A DNA stretch of 64,000 nt from an uncultured Gammaproteobacteria bacterium (GCA_963773065.1 CAVYZN010000014.1:32001-96000); one strand, 5' to 3'; shown: positions 1 to 10,378, numbered from the stretch's first letter. Made by a program: numbers and translations. Notes: generated by a model not told the origin, from the letters alone.

Positions 1-738
1 CTCAGTGCCAACCGCCCGTGTCCGGAAGACCCCGCTATCACCGTCAGGGACGCCTTCGAGCAGGAGCGCGCGCAGCTCATTGCCTTACCGGACAATCCCT
101 ATCCCACCGAGGAACGCCTCGAAGTGAGTGTCGGCAAGACACCGTATATCCGCTTTGATCTTAATGACTACTCGGTGCCGCACACCCAGGTGCGGCGCAC
201 CGTGACGGTCCTGGCCTCGCCGACCCAGGTGCGGGTGCTTGACGCCGGCGCGGTGATTGCCGAGCACCGGCGCGTCTATGGCAAGGGCGAGCAGATCGAG
301 GATCCGGGCCATATCGAGGCGTTGATCGATGCCAAGCGCGGCGCACGCCAGCACCGCGGTCAGGACCGCCTGGCGCACGCGGCGCCGTCGAGCCGCCAGT
401 TGCTGCGCGAGGCGGCCGAGCGGGGCAACCGCCTGAGCCAGGTCGTCTCGCAGCTGACCCGGCTGCTCGACGAATACGGTGCAAGCGCGCTCGAGCACGC
501 CATCGCCGAGGCGCTCGCCAACGGGGTTCCGCACCCCAATGCGGTGCGCCAGGCGCTGGAGCGAGCGCGTGAGCAGCGCCACCTGCCGCCACCGCTGGCC
601 ATCGTGCTGCCGGACAACGCCAAGGCGAGAAACATCGTGGTGCGTCCCGCCTCCCTGGCGGCCTACGATCAACTCGACACCGACGACGCCGCCGAGATGG
701 CAGAGCAACAGGAGCGCACCGATGACGAGAACCGCTGA
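1..738 (+). CDS. istA: IS21-family transposase IstA, 3' part (runs off window start)
   Basis: Frame is open from base 1; motif 'YIRFDLNDYSVP...VIAEHRR' matches the Mu-transposase C-terminal region; overlaps istB start. Confidence 0.9.
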   Translation, partial: LSANRPCPEDPAITVRDAFEQERAQLIALPDNPYPTEERLEVSVGKTPYIRFDLNDYSVPHTQVRRTVTVLASPTQVRVLDAGAVIAEHRRVYGKGEQIEDPGHIEALIDAKRGARQHRGQDRLAHAAPSSRQLLREAAERGNRLSQVVSQLTRLLDEYGASALEHAIAEALANGVPHPNAVRQALERAREQRHLPPPLAIVLPDNAKARNIVVRPASLAAYDQLDTDDAAEMAEQQERTDDENR

Positions 739-1531
739 TGCAGGGATCCCTCAGGAAGCGCTCAAGCAGCGGGCGCTCGCGCTCAAGCTCCATGAGCTGG
801 TTGCGCACTGGGAGGAGCTGAGCGACCCGCAGATCGACTGGGTGAGGGCGTTGCTCCAGTGGGAGGACAGCGAGCGCAAGCGCCGCGGTCTGGAACGACG
901 GCTGAGCGCGGCGCACATCGGCCGCTTCAAACCCCTCGCTGACTTCGACTGGGACTGGCCCGCGCAGTGCGACAAGGCGGCCGTCTCAGAGCTGATGCGC
1001 CTCAACTTCATCAAGGACGCCACCAACGTCATTCTGGTCGGGCCCAACGGCGTCGGCAAATCCACCATCGCACAGAACATCGTGCATCACGCCGTCCTGC
1101 AGGGACACAGCGCCTTGTTCGTCAACTCCGCCCAGATGCTCGGGGACCTGGCGGCACAGGAGGGTGACAACGCCTTGCGCCGACGCCTGAAACACTACGC
1201 GCATCCACAGGTGCTGGTGATCGATGAAGTCGGTTACCTCTCCTACGGCAGTCGCCATGCGGATCTGCTGTTCAACATCGTTAATCAACGCTATGAGCTC
1301 AAGCCAACGATTGTGACCACAAACCGACCCTTTGGCGAGTGGAACGAGGTGTTCCCCAACGCAGCCTGCGTGATCTCAATCGTCGATCGCCTGGTGCATC
1401 ACTCCGAGATCATCGTCCTCGAGGGCGAGTCCTATCGCTTCCGAGAGGCGAAGGAGCGCGCCAGCAGGAAGAAGAAATCCACGAAATCCACGCGTAGCGC
1501 CACTCCAAGAACGCCCGCAGGAGACCGCTGA
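722..1531 (+). CDS. istB: IS21-family helper ATPase IstB
   Basis: Walker A GPNGVGKS, Walker B VLVIDEVGY, TTNRPFGEW, 'IVDRLVHH', 'GESYR'; ATG at 722 overlaps the istA end. Confidence 0.95.
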   Translation: MTRTADAGIPQEALKQRALALKLHELVAHWEELSDPQIDWVRALLQWEDSERKRRGLERRLSAAHIGRFKPLADFDWDWPAQCDKAAVSELMRLNFIKDATNVILVGPNGVGKSTIAQNIVHHAVLQGHSALFVNSAQMLGDLAAQEGDNALRRRLKHYAHPQVLVIDEVGYLSYGSRHADLLFNIVNQRYELKPTIVTTNRPFGEWNEVFPNAACVISIVDRLVHHSEIIVLEGESYRFREAKERASRKKKSTKSTRSATPRTPAGDR

Positions 1532-1533
1532 CC

Positions 1534-1737
1534 ATGTCGATGAAAGTCACACGCTTATACACCTACTGGGACGCCCCGGAAGCCCATGCCGTCATCGAGT
1601 TCCTGGAGGTGCTTCGAGATCAGCTCTGGGAGATCTATGGCGATCAGATCATTGATCTGCTTCGCGAGGAAACCGTTACCCAGGGCGCAAACGAGCAGCA
1701 GGCCGAGCTTCAGTTCGATGACGACCCTGAGTTCTAG
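1534..1737 (+). CDS. Small acidic hypothetical protein inside IS21 (67 aa)
   Basis: Starts 2 nt after the istB stop and lies before the IS end at 1839. Confidence 0.6.
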   Translation: MSMKVTRLYTYWDAPEAHAVIEFLEVLRDQLWEIYGDQIIDLLREETVTQGANEQQAELQFDDDPEF

Positions 1738-1839
1738 ACGGCACTGATACGGGCGCCACCGATAGCGTCCATAAGCTGTTATGCCTGGATACGGCAAACA
1801 GTCGCGGCAAATAGCCGCGCTTTTACTCCGGCAACAACA

Positions 1840-2655
1840 GCTGGTGAGATCGTAAAGCAGTACATCGAAGCTGACGTTGAACAGATCACGCCAGCGGCTC
1901 GCCAGATGATCAAACACCGCCGTCTTGTGCGCGAGCAAGCGGTCGTGACACGCATAGAGCGTGTGGATGTCGGCAAGCCGCTCGTCGGCTCCGAGCAAAT
2001 CAGCGAGCGCGCTGCGCTCGAACCACTCCCGGTGCAGTCGCCACTCGCTGCCCGGGGCGAGCAGCCGATAGGCGACCAGCACGAACAGCACCTGATCCCA
2101 GCGCGTCCCCTTGCGGCTCTTGCTCAACCGCACCCCCCAGAACGCATCGAGCTCCAGCTGCTGCCAAAGCCGCCACGCCAACCACACCGCGCCCCACTGC
2201 CGCGGCCGGCACAATCGCAGTTGCGACAGGCACAGCCGCACCACCGCGGCATCCTCGCTCAGCCCCTCACAGCGATCCTCGGGAAGCAGTGCGAGCGTGC
2301 GCGCTGTGCCCTCACGCTCGTCCAACACCTCGATCGAACGGCGCCACGCACGCTCCTGGGAATCGGTGATCTCGCCCAGGTACAGCACGTGCCGTTGCAG
2401 CACGCGCCCATCGGCAAGGCGTCGATTCTCAACCACGCTCCAGTAACGGTGCGTCTTGCCATCCTTCTTGCGGGTCGTCGCACGCAGAAACATGGCACCC
2501 CATTATCCACACCGTTTTGCCGCGGGGAACAAGCAAGGTCTGCACTACAGCGGTTTTCGGGCGATTCCGCTCGAGAGCCTACATACCGATCAATCACTTG
2601 TGCGAAGCGGTCCGCGAAAAATCACGAAAATCAAGGGCGAATCCGCCAAGTTGGG
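1840..2655 (-). mobile_element. IS1634-family element, left part; transposase from ATG 2493, truncated at 1840
   Basis: MFLRATTRKKDGKTHRYWSVVENRR...RLLAPGSEW...LYDLTS, typical of the IS1634 N-terminal half; outer end approximate. Confidence 0.85.
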
Positions 2656-2709
2656 CTAATGTCTCAGCCGTCCTGTTCCGTCGTTTCGCGGACCCACTTT
2701 CTGTCTCTA

Positions 2710-3045
2710 TCAATAGACAAACCAATAGGCTGTCATTGCGATCCAACTGAGCACGAGCAATAACCAAGGTAACCAGTGCTGTCTGTAGACTACTTTTTCC
2801 TGTACCTCAATTTCGTGTGTCTCAGGTGACGCGACCTGTTGCTTGACCTTCTTGAGATTCTTGTCCAACTCTCTGGCCTTGGCGTTTTGTTGCTTCTTGT
2901 ATTGCTCGATACCTTTTTGTATCCCCTGCGTAATCAGCTTTGTCTGTTCCTTGGTCTGCCCGGGACGTTGCGTGCCGCGGGCAATCCGCAGGGCTTCGTC
3001 ATGGGTGGCTTCTGATGGCGGGCGCCTTTTTACATTTCTGGCCAT
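2710..3045 (-). CDS. DUF2956-family protein
   Basis: 'IARGTQRPGQTKEQTKLI.QGIQKGIE.YKKQQ' plus C-terminal TM segment 'LPWLLLVLSW'. Confidence 0.85.
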   Translation of the reverse strand: MARNVKRRPPSEATHDEALRIARGTQRPGQTKEQTKLITQGIQKGIEQYKKQQNAKARELDKNLKKVKQQVASPETHEIEVQEKVVYRQHWLPWLLLVLSWIAMTAYWFVY

Positions 3046-3702
3046 GGGTTTTCCCTATTCTGCCTGTGATTCTTCTATCTCTACCCGGAAGGTGGGAGTA
3101 GTCTGACTCGGCTTATTGGATTTGACCAGCTTCCTGCGATACGACCCCATGGCATGGACTACGGAACTTCCGAATCCGGCCATAACTTGCCGTTCCCGGA
3201 CGGCTAGCGAACGGCAACTTTGCCCGCAACTACGGACATTCATGTCGCTCAGGTTGTGCGGTTGTCCGTGATAGCAGGACGGGGACACGTTTCAGGCACC
3301 GCCATCCAAGCCCATGGGAATTCCAATCTCGCAGTCTCAGTTTGGCGAATAGCTACTGGACCTAAACGAAGCGAAACTCGGCCCTATCATGAGGTGTAAA
3401 AAAACGCCCCTCGGAGTGCAGAGGGGCGATAAGGCCTGATGAGGGTCAACGGCACCTTCCGTGGCACTGAAGTACTGAAAGTGTAGTCGAGCGAAACAGG
3501 TCTGTCTTGTAAAAACGCCGAGGTACACGACATCAGGAAGACAAGGACACCCGGGAAAAAGGCACAAAAAGCGGGACACTTCAGGAACAACCACCTGCTA
3601 AAATTAAATTGCGGAGGTTTCTATCCGCTGATGATTGCAGTGCACTTGGTTACCAAGTTTGCTGTCCACATTGCATATAAAACAGTTGATGAGGTAGTAG
3701 AT

Positions 3703-4113
3703 ATGACTAAGCTGAACAAAACATTGTGTGTCGCTGCCATTGCCGGCGCCCTAGCGGTTCCTTTTACGGCAGCCCAAGCCTGGGGTCCCTGGGGTGGTGG
3801 TGGTCCCTGGAGTAATGGCTGGGGTAATGACAGCTCGGGTGAGGGCTGGGGTGATGGCTCCGGTGACATGGACTTCAGTATGAGCGGTAGCGGCCATGGC
3901 AGTGGTTATGGGCGTGGTCGTGGTTATGGCTCTGGCTATGGTTATGGCTATGGCGGCTATCCGGGTTATGGCTATGGTGGCTATCCCGGTTATGGTGGCT
4001 GGGGTGGTCCTGGCTATGGCGGTGGCTATCCAGGTGCCTATGGTGCGCCGTATGGTTATGCTCCCCCGGCGGTCGCACCCGTACAACCAGCCGCACCGGC
4101 CAGTAGCAAATAA
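3703..4113 (+). CDS. Sulfur globule envelope protein (SgpA/SgpB, CV1/CV2-like)
   Basis: GAGG RBS; Sec signal ending AQA-W; 'GDGSGDMDFSMSGSG' followed by G/Y/P repeats (GYGYGGYP) and an Ala/Pro tail. Confidence 0.8.
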   Translation: MTKLNKTLCVAAIAGALAVPFTAAQAWGPWGGGGPWSNGWGNDSSGEGWGDGSGDMDFSMSGSGHGSGYGRGRGYGSGYGYGYGGYPGYGYGGYPGYGGWGGPGYGGGYPGAYGAPYGYAPPAVAPVQPAAPASSK

Positions 4114-4203
4114 CACGTAACACGACGAGTAATACAGACGACCCAGCACAGGGAGGTGTGGGGTCGTTGTGGCTATAATGGAACAATGGTCGCCTATAGC
4201 TAC

Positions 4204-5833
4204 CTAAGCCGGCATAGCCGGAACCAAACAGGAAGAGGTATTGTACGCACGGGCTAAGCGGTGGTGGCGACGATGACACAGGCGTTGGTGGAACGGTACG
4301 CAGATCGGTTGCATGGGGTGCTCTCCTGTTACGACCGCATCGTGATGACGGGCACGTTGCCGGGGGCCTGCTATGCGCAGGGCATGACGGCGTTTTTGTA
4401 CGCGAGGGGCATTCGGATTTTCGACTATCCCCGGTTTGCCGAGCCCTTGCGCGAGGCGCTCCGCGAGCGCGCGCAGGAGCTGGCGCAGTCGGCGGGGATC
4501 GAGATCGAGCATATCGCCAAAGCCCACATCCGCAAGGAAGATGTGGTCGCCAAGGTGCTTGAGCGGCGCGGCGATCATCCGGGTCTGGTGCACATCATTT
4601 CGGCGATGGAAGCCTGTCAAAGCTACAAGCCCTGGCATGACAAGGCGAGCGGCAAGACCTACCTCAAGCCCGATACGGGCAAATGCCTGCACTACTATTT
4701 TTACTTCATCGACCCGCTCGTCGGCCTGTGTTACCTGCGGGTGCCGACTTGGTGCCCGTTCAAATTGCAGTTCTATTGCAACGGCCATGGTTGGCTGGCG
4801 CAGAAGCTTAAAACCCGGCGCATCGGCTTTACCCAGGTGGACAATGCCTTTGTGCGCCTGGATGACTTCGCGCGCGCGCAACAGTTGGCCGATGGCTTCA
4901 AGCCCGAGCAACTGCACCGCATCCTGGATCGTTACGCGCGCCAGTGCTGCCCGGTGCACAAGAGCTTCGGGCAAGGCTATCACTGGAGCCTGCTGCAGGT
5001 GGAGTACGCTACCGATCTGGTGTTCCGCTCCCAAGAGATGCTGGCGCCCCTGTATGAACAGCTCTCCCGCCAGGCGGTGCTGGGGGTGAAGGCCGAACAG
5101 ATTGCCACCTTTCTCGGCAAGAAGATCACCCCGCCGCTGGCGCAGGAGATCGGCAACCGCTTTGCCACCCGCATCGAAGGGACCTGCATCAAACATCGCC
5201 TGGGCAAGGTTCAGGTGAAGATGTACGACAAATACGCCCGTGTGCTGCGCATCGAAACCACCGTCAACGACGTCTCCTTCTTCAAGCACCACCGCAAGGT
5301 GGAACATCGAGATAGACCCAGCACGCGGCAACTGGCGCCGCTGAAGAAATCCATCTACAGCCTGATCGATCTGCGCCAGATCCTCCTGGGATGCAATCGC
5401 CGCTACCTGGAGTATCTGTCCGCGCTGGACGATCACAGCGCCGGACAGCGCGCGCTCTCGCGCCTGACCGACGAGCGGTGCGAGAGCGACCGGCCGATCA
5501 AGGGCCTGAACTTCTTCAAGCGCACCGAGCAGCAACTGCTGCGGGCACTGCAACGTCCGCAGTTCAATATCCACGGTCTGCGGCGCGCCGATCTGATGGC
5601 TTTGCTGCCCCACGCCTCGGCGGCTGCGCTCTCGCGAGAGCTGAAACGGCTGCTTGCCCTCGGCGTGATCAAACGGGTCACCGGAACTTATCGTTACTAC
5701 CTCACGCGCTTGGGGCGCGCCGCCATCGCCGCCGCCTGCTCGCTCACGGAATTCAGTATCGTTCCCGCTTTGGCCACTGCAAAGTAACAAACTCTTCGCC
5801 ATTTCTGTCAACAGTAAAGTCATAAGAGACTAA
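4204..5833 (+). mobile_element. Candidate IS-like element bounded by a CTAA direct repeat
   Basis: CTAA at 4204-4207 and 5830-5833 closely bracket the single ORF; no clear terminal inverted repeats. Confidence 0.45.
4261..5787 (+). CDS. Putative transposase/recombinase of an unclassified IS-like element, with C-terminal winged helix
   Basis: 508 aa; 'HYYFYFIDP..GLCYLRVPTW.PF.LQFY.NGH', 'KMYDK...LRIETT', terminal 'LSRELKRL...GVIKRV..TYRYYLT'; GC-richer than flanks. Confidence 0.65.
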   Translation: MVATMTQALVERYADRLHGVLSCYDRIVMTGTLPGACYAQGMTAFLYARGIRIFDYPRFAEPLREALRERAQELAQSAGIEIEHIAKAHIRKEDVVAKVLERRGDHPGLVHIISAMEACQSYKPWHDKASGKTYLKPDTGKCLHYYFYFIDPLVGLCYLRVPTWCPFKLQFYCNGHGWLAQKLKTRRIGFTQVDNAFVRLDDFARAQQLADGFKPEQLHRILDRYARQCCPVHKSFGQGYHWSLLQVEYATDLVFRSQEMLAPLYEQLSRQAVLGVKAEQIATFLGKKITPPLAQEIGNRFATRIEGTCIKHRLGKVQVKMYDKYARVLRIETTVNDVSFFKHHRKVEHRDRPSTRQLAPLKKSIYSLIDLRQILLGCNRRYLEYLSALDDHSAGQRALSRLTDERCESDRPIKGLNFFKRTEQQLLRALQRPQFNIHGLRRADLMALLPHASAAALSRELKRLLALGVIKRVTGTYRYYLTRLGRAAIAAACSLTEFSIVPALATAK

Positions 5834-6025
5834 ATTTGAATGTCCACAGCGCATTCGAGACCTCCCCAAGAACATAGGGCATGTCGCATTAGGGTCGACT
5901 CCCGCCCATTAGCCGATCCGAATACAAGCACTGACTAAACTTCCGGAGTCGGCCATTCCTGGTCGTACAGGCCACAAATGCTAATGTCCCGATTTAGGGA
6001 TTCTCGAAGAAGTCATCATATTTTA

Positions 6026-6152
6026 CAGGAGGTACGTTTGAAGCTTGGGAAGCTACAGTTCTACCATTGAACTACACCCGCTTAATTCTTTGTGCACAAG
6101 AGTTTACCGAACTGCCAGGGTGAATGTCACCACCCCAGGGTAGAGGAATGGT
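6026..6152 (-). repeat. 127-bp inverted repeat (left copy) containing the 5' half of tRNA-Gly(CCC)
   Basis: Reverse complement of 10917-11043 with one mismatch. Confidence 0.95.
6034..6081 (-). pseudogene. Truncated tRNA-Gly(CCC): 5' acceptor strand, D arm and anticodon arm only
   Basis: GCGGGTGTAGTTCAATGGTAGAAC...GCTTCCCAAGCT; no TTCGA T-arm and no CACCCGC acceptor complement. Confidence 0.85.
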
Positions 6153-6362
6153 ATCAGGGGGTAGAAACGGGCAAAGGTCATCATCAGCAAATCGATTGCC
6201 CGGTCGTCTGAGGGCATGCCATGTAGTCGTTTAGACGTTCACCCCTTCTCTGATGGAAAACGTACGAACGTCTCTACTTTTAGAGAACCGATATCGCCAC
6301 TTTAAACATCAAACGGAAACGGCGACCGAAGCCGCCGTTTCTGTTAAATCAAATCTTAATCG

Positions 6363-6944
6363 TCACGCTGCTCTTTTGCGTCTTGATATCCCGAGCAAAC
6401 TCAGCAGGCCGGAACTAAACAACCAAACTGCAGCAGGAATGGGTATAGCACTTATATTCACCGTACCTTCAAGCAGCGTTGGGGTAATCTGTGCTGTGGC
6501 GCTGAAAAATTGCGAACTCCCCAGGATCGTGAGGCTTGGGCTACCTGCAGACGCTGCGGTCAGAGTCATCGTGGCAATAGTAAAAGTCCCGGTGGCCGGA
6601 TCATTGACAAAGGTGTCGAAGCCGATACCCGGCCAGGTATTACCAACGGCCGGCCCACCCCCATCAGGCAGAAAGTCGAAAAGGGCGCTATTAACAGCCA
6701 CCGATACGACTGTGAGCAATGTACTGTCAAACCCAAGATCAATCACACCGCCGGCCAGTTCCGTGAAATTGCTGCCGACAATGTCCACGGTAAACGTGTC
6801 GCCCATTGTGACCGCTTTGAGATCCGGATTGAAACCCACCGTGGTGGCCAATGCCACTCCGTTGCAGCTGAGTAACAATGCAGCCGCACCCAGTGCGCGT
6901 AGCAGTCTGGCGGTCGTTGTTTCAAGTACTCGTATTATGTTCAT
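6363..6944 (-). CDS. Cohesin-like domain protein with PEP-CTERM (VPLPA-type) exosortase signal
   Basis: Signal peptide; 'VTMGDTFTVDIVG...GGVIDLGFDSTLLTVVSV...IATMTLTA' cohesin-like pattern; C-terminal IPIPAAVWLFSSGLLSLLGISRRKR. Confidence 0.75.
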   Translation of the reverse strand: MNIIRVLETTTARLLRALGAAALLLSCNGVALATTVGFNPDLKAVTMGDTFTVDIVGSNFTELAGGVIDLGFDSTLLTVVSVAVNSALFDFLPDGGGPAVGNTWPGIGFDTFVNDPATGTFTIATMTLTAASAGSPSLTILGSSQFFSATAQITPTLLEGTVNISAIPIPAAVWLFSSGLLSLLGISRRKRAA

Positions 6945-7079
6945 TTTGTTCTCCGTAATCAGGTATTGGTTATGTATTGGTTATGTGTTATTGCTGAATT
7001 GCATGCGGTCATCAATCATGACTGTCCCGCTTCGTTGCAGCCCTTCCGGAAGGGTAAACCATTTTCTTCTTGAGCCGCG

Positions 7080-7412
7080 CTAGAACGACCCGCAGCACGA
7101 TGGTCCCGGTGGTTGGCGGTACAGCCCCTTGAGAATATTCAGATCCAGCGTGTTGATCACCCGTCCCCGTTAAAGTCCGAATTGGCAGTGTAGTTGGCAT
7201 CACCCACGGCTGAACGGTATGCAAGCTTGAGCAGGTTCAGATCCAGCGTGTTGGTCGCGCCATCATTATTTAAATCGCCATCGCAAATATTGCCATAGCC
7301 ATCGCCATCCGTGTCACGTTGATCGGGGTTTGGAACGTTGATGCAGTTGTCGGAGGCGTCTGGCACACCGTCACCATCGGCATCAGGAAGTGGAGTTGTC
7401 ACCGGTGTCATC
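7080..7412 (-). pseudogene. Separated C-terminus of the 8742-10378 gene: thrombospondin type-3 repeats plus dockerin-like duplicated Ca-binding loops
   Basis: DADGDGVPDASDNC..NPDQRDTDGDGYGNICD; GDLNNDGATNTLDL; DFNGDG(V)INTLDLNILK..PGPS (1-nt frameshift near 7160). Confidence 0.8.
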
Positions 7413-7420
7413 ACAATTTT

Positions 7421-8741
7421 GGCTCTTTTGAATTCCGAGTGGGTTAACGCGCCACATGTGGGTTGAGTTTGGAGAAGTCGAGTTTGCCGGCGATCAGGAA
7501 AATCACAGTACGGATCGTGCTGAACCGACCGTAGCCGCGCGCTTTGCGCTTGGCGGACTGGAACAGCCCGTTCAGTGCCTCCAGGAAACCATTGGTCTGA
7601 CGGGTCTGCGCCCAGGCAATGATGCTCTCGAAATGGTTGCGGATCAGTTTGGCAACTTCCTTCATGGGTTCGACTTTGGAGCGCATGACATTGGTACACC
7701 ACTGCCAGAGCATGGCGGCGACCACGTTGATCTGTTTGCGATCGAGGATCTCGCCGCAACTGCTCACGGTACACCCACGCTCGGGCGGTCCGCTTCGTGG
7801 TGAGTTTGGCGAGCAGGTTGTCGACTTCCGCGCGGGCGGTGTCGCTGAGAGTTCCGTAATTGCGCAGCAGCTTCCAGCGCAACCCCTTGAGGCCGGGCGT
7901 GGTTTTCTGCTCGATGCGCCGGGTCTCGTCCAGGGCCCTGGAGGCGTGGGCGATCACATGGAACTTGTCGAAGGTGATCCGGGCATTGGGAAGACTCTCG
8001 GCGCAGCCCTTGATGAAGGCCGGCGACATGTCGATGCTGACCGAGTCGATGGCATCAATGTCGGCACCATGGGCCCGGATATCCTCGGCCAGCCGCCGGA
8101 TCGCCTCGGCCTCACGGCCTTCGGTGACGAACAGCACCGCGCGGCGCTCGGCGTCGGCGGCCAGGGTGACATAGTCGTGGCCGCGGGCTCGCGAGGTCTC
8201 GTCGATGGCCAGGCGGGTGACCTCGGAGAAGTTGGCCTCGGCCAGCGCGAGATCGACATAGCGCCCGCAAATCGCCGCCACCCGATGCCAGCTCTCGCCG
8301 GTGAGACGTGCCACCGCCGCAAACGGCATCTCGCGCGCCAACATCAGCACAAGTGCCTCAAAGAGCAGCGTGAAGCCCGAGAGCTTCCCGGTCCAGCCCG
8401 GCTCGACCTGGCGCACCGCGCCACCAGGCAGCTTCACGCGGGGTACGCGGACCTCCAGGTAGCACTCGTGCTGGAAGAAATTGAGGTGCCGATAACGCTT
8501 GCTGACCGTATCGTGCACCGGATGGACGCCAGTCTCACCAGCCACAGCGAACCGGCTACCAGCAGTGAAGTCGATGCCTACGGTCAGAGTCTTTGCCGTC
8601 GCGTCCAAGTCAACGGATGTCACATGCCACGGCTCGGCAATGCCCAGGGCTGTTTCAAAAAGCCTGTCGTTCATCCTGATCCTATCGATTATCAGTAGGT
8701 GCGCCTAGAATACGGCTAGCCATCAGATTTCAAAAAGAGGC
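7421..8741 (-). mobile_element. ISL3-family insertion sequence (transposase 7444-8674, one frameshift)
   Basis: Terminal IRs GGCTCTTTTG / GCCTCTTTTTG; 8-bp TSD ACAATTTT at 7413-7420 and 8742-8749; IDETS, IDMS, FDKFHV, 'EALNG...KRKARGY'. Confidence 0.95.
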
Positions 8742-10378
8742 ACAATTTTACCGGTGGTTGAGGAGGCGACAAAACTGAGCCCAGTAACAAACGCAGTCGG
8801 ATTACTGGGATCCAGCATCGCGTCCTCTTCAATGCCTCTCAGGCTAAAGCGACTGACACCATTGGGTACTCCCAGATCATCCACGAAACTGAATAATTGC
8901 CCCCCGGAAATCTTGATACCGGAATCGACATAAATACCTTGAGCATCGTCAAATAGATACAAATCATAAATGCCATCGCCAATACCTGGCGGCGGTTCGA
9001 CTGCGGCGAAATTCGGCGCTCCATCCTCCGCAGAAAAGTCGTAACCCGTCGCGCTAGCAGGGTCGAACCAAACCAGTACGGGCACCGAGTTTCCTCCCGG
9101 TCCGGGCACCGCAATTCCTGCTCTGCGGCAAGGCGACCACTTATTTGAGCATGGGAAATAAAAATTGGGATTGCTCGTTGTCGGCGGGTCCGGTAGAAGT
9201 GGGTTTTCCGGTGTGCTCCCCGGTGCATCCGCACGAATAATCGCCCCAACGGCACCGCCTCCTGTGGTTTGGTAATCCGCATAAAATGCGATTTGGCCCG
9301 CGTCATTGATTGCGTGTGACGAGAGGTTAACTCTTGCAATCGTTTCACTGCTTGTACTGCCATCCGGCAACGTGACGGGTATGGTATCTCCAACCTTAAC
9401 CACACTATTGGCCGCGGGATCGGGACCCGTAAAAATCCCATCTGGAAACACAGGACTGTTCGTAACGGCCGCCTCAAAAGCTACGACGCCGAGGTTGTTG
9501 ATCGAACTTTTCCATATGTGGGTATAGCCGGATCCGGAGGGAACCCGCGTGTCAGTTGCCGTGCCGTCACTTACTTGAAGGACATAGTCATCCAAGAGTC
9601 CTGAACCAAAGCCGTAAGCCACCTGCCCCAGATCATTAATACTGGGCGTTTCTACCCCCACGGCAAGAAGCGATTGGCTAACAGGTATCGTGGTGTTATT
9701 CACAACCTTATAAACTCTCTTATCATCTGCTCCACTACCCGTCGAGGTGGTGAGGCCAACCGTCGCGAGATCGCCGTTGCCATTAGTCGAGAACTCTGAT
9801 GCCACCACCTGGGTAAGTGTCCCCAGCGGTGTAACATCTCCCGGTCCCATTAACCGGCTGATAGCGGTACCGTCATATTTATATACCGCCTCTGCGCCCG
9901 TCGTTAAGATACCCCTGAAATAGACAGCGTTTGACTCATCGATATCGACCGCAGCACCGAGTACAGCAAACTCGGGGTTTGAAGTGGTGCTCAGCAGGCT
10001 ACTCGGTTCCAATTGTAAGCCGCCCTTGATCAGTTCCGAGCCAAGACCGAATAAAGGGCCAGTTTGGTTAGAAACAACGGAATTGCCGGATGCATTGAGA
10101 TTGAGGTCTTGGGTTGCGACGTTGAGATTCAGCATCAGAGACCGGTTTGTGAAGCCATCGCCGACCCCTACTACTGTCCAGGTACCTTCGACATAGTCAA
10201 CCCACCCGCTGTTGTTGATTGCCGGATTAGCCCGCATCAGGCCAGGACCGGACACGATTTGCCTGTACTTATACGTATTGTCCGCCGCGGTCGATGCTCC
10301 ATTTGGGCCCAGCAAAAGTGATGCGAAAAGAATCTGCCCCACCGCACATCTGGCGCGCCAACGTAGTATTATCATCAT
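8742..10378 (-). pseudogene. Secreted NxxGxxAF tandem-repeat protein, N-terminal part, interrupted by ISL3
   Basis: Signal peptide; repeats INNSGWVDY, INDLGQVAY, INNLGVVAF, INDAGQIAF; rejoins 7412 in frame (GKIV|MTPV) once the IS and one TSD are removed. Confidence 0.8.

Larger units (their letters stand above)
1..1839 (+). mobile_element. IS21-family element (right end ...GGCAACAACA) inserted into an IS1634 transposase
   Basis: istAB; ends in CA at 1839, exactly where the IS1634 frame loses homology after the YDLTS motif. Confidence 0.8.

Noticed and set aside
3436-3506. Hammerhead-like CTGATGAG...CGAAAC...GTC
   Set aside because: Core words are present but stem II and stem I do not pair by inspection; an Rfam scan would settle it.
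7157-8674. Transposase fused to TSP3/dockerin repeats
   Set aside because: Read-through across the ISL3 end due to a frameshift; the tail belongs to the interrupted host gene, as the TSD shows.
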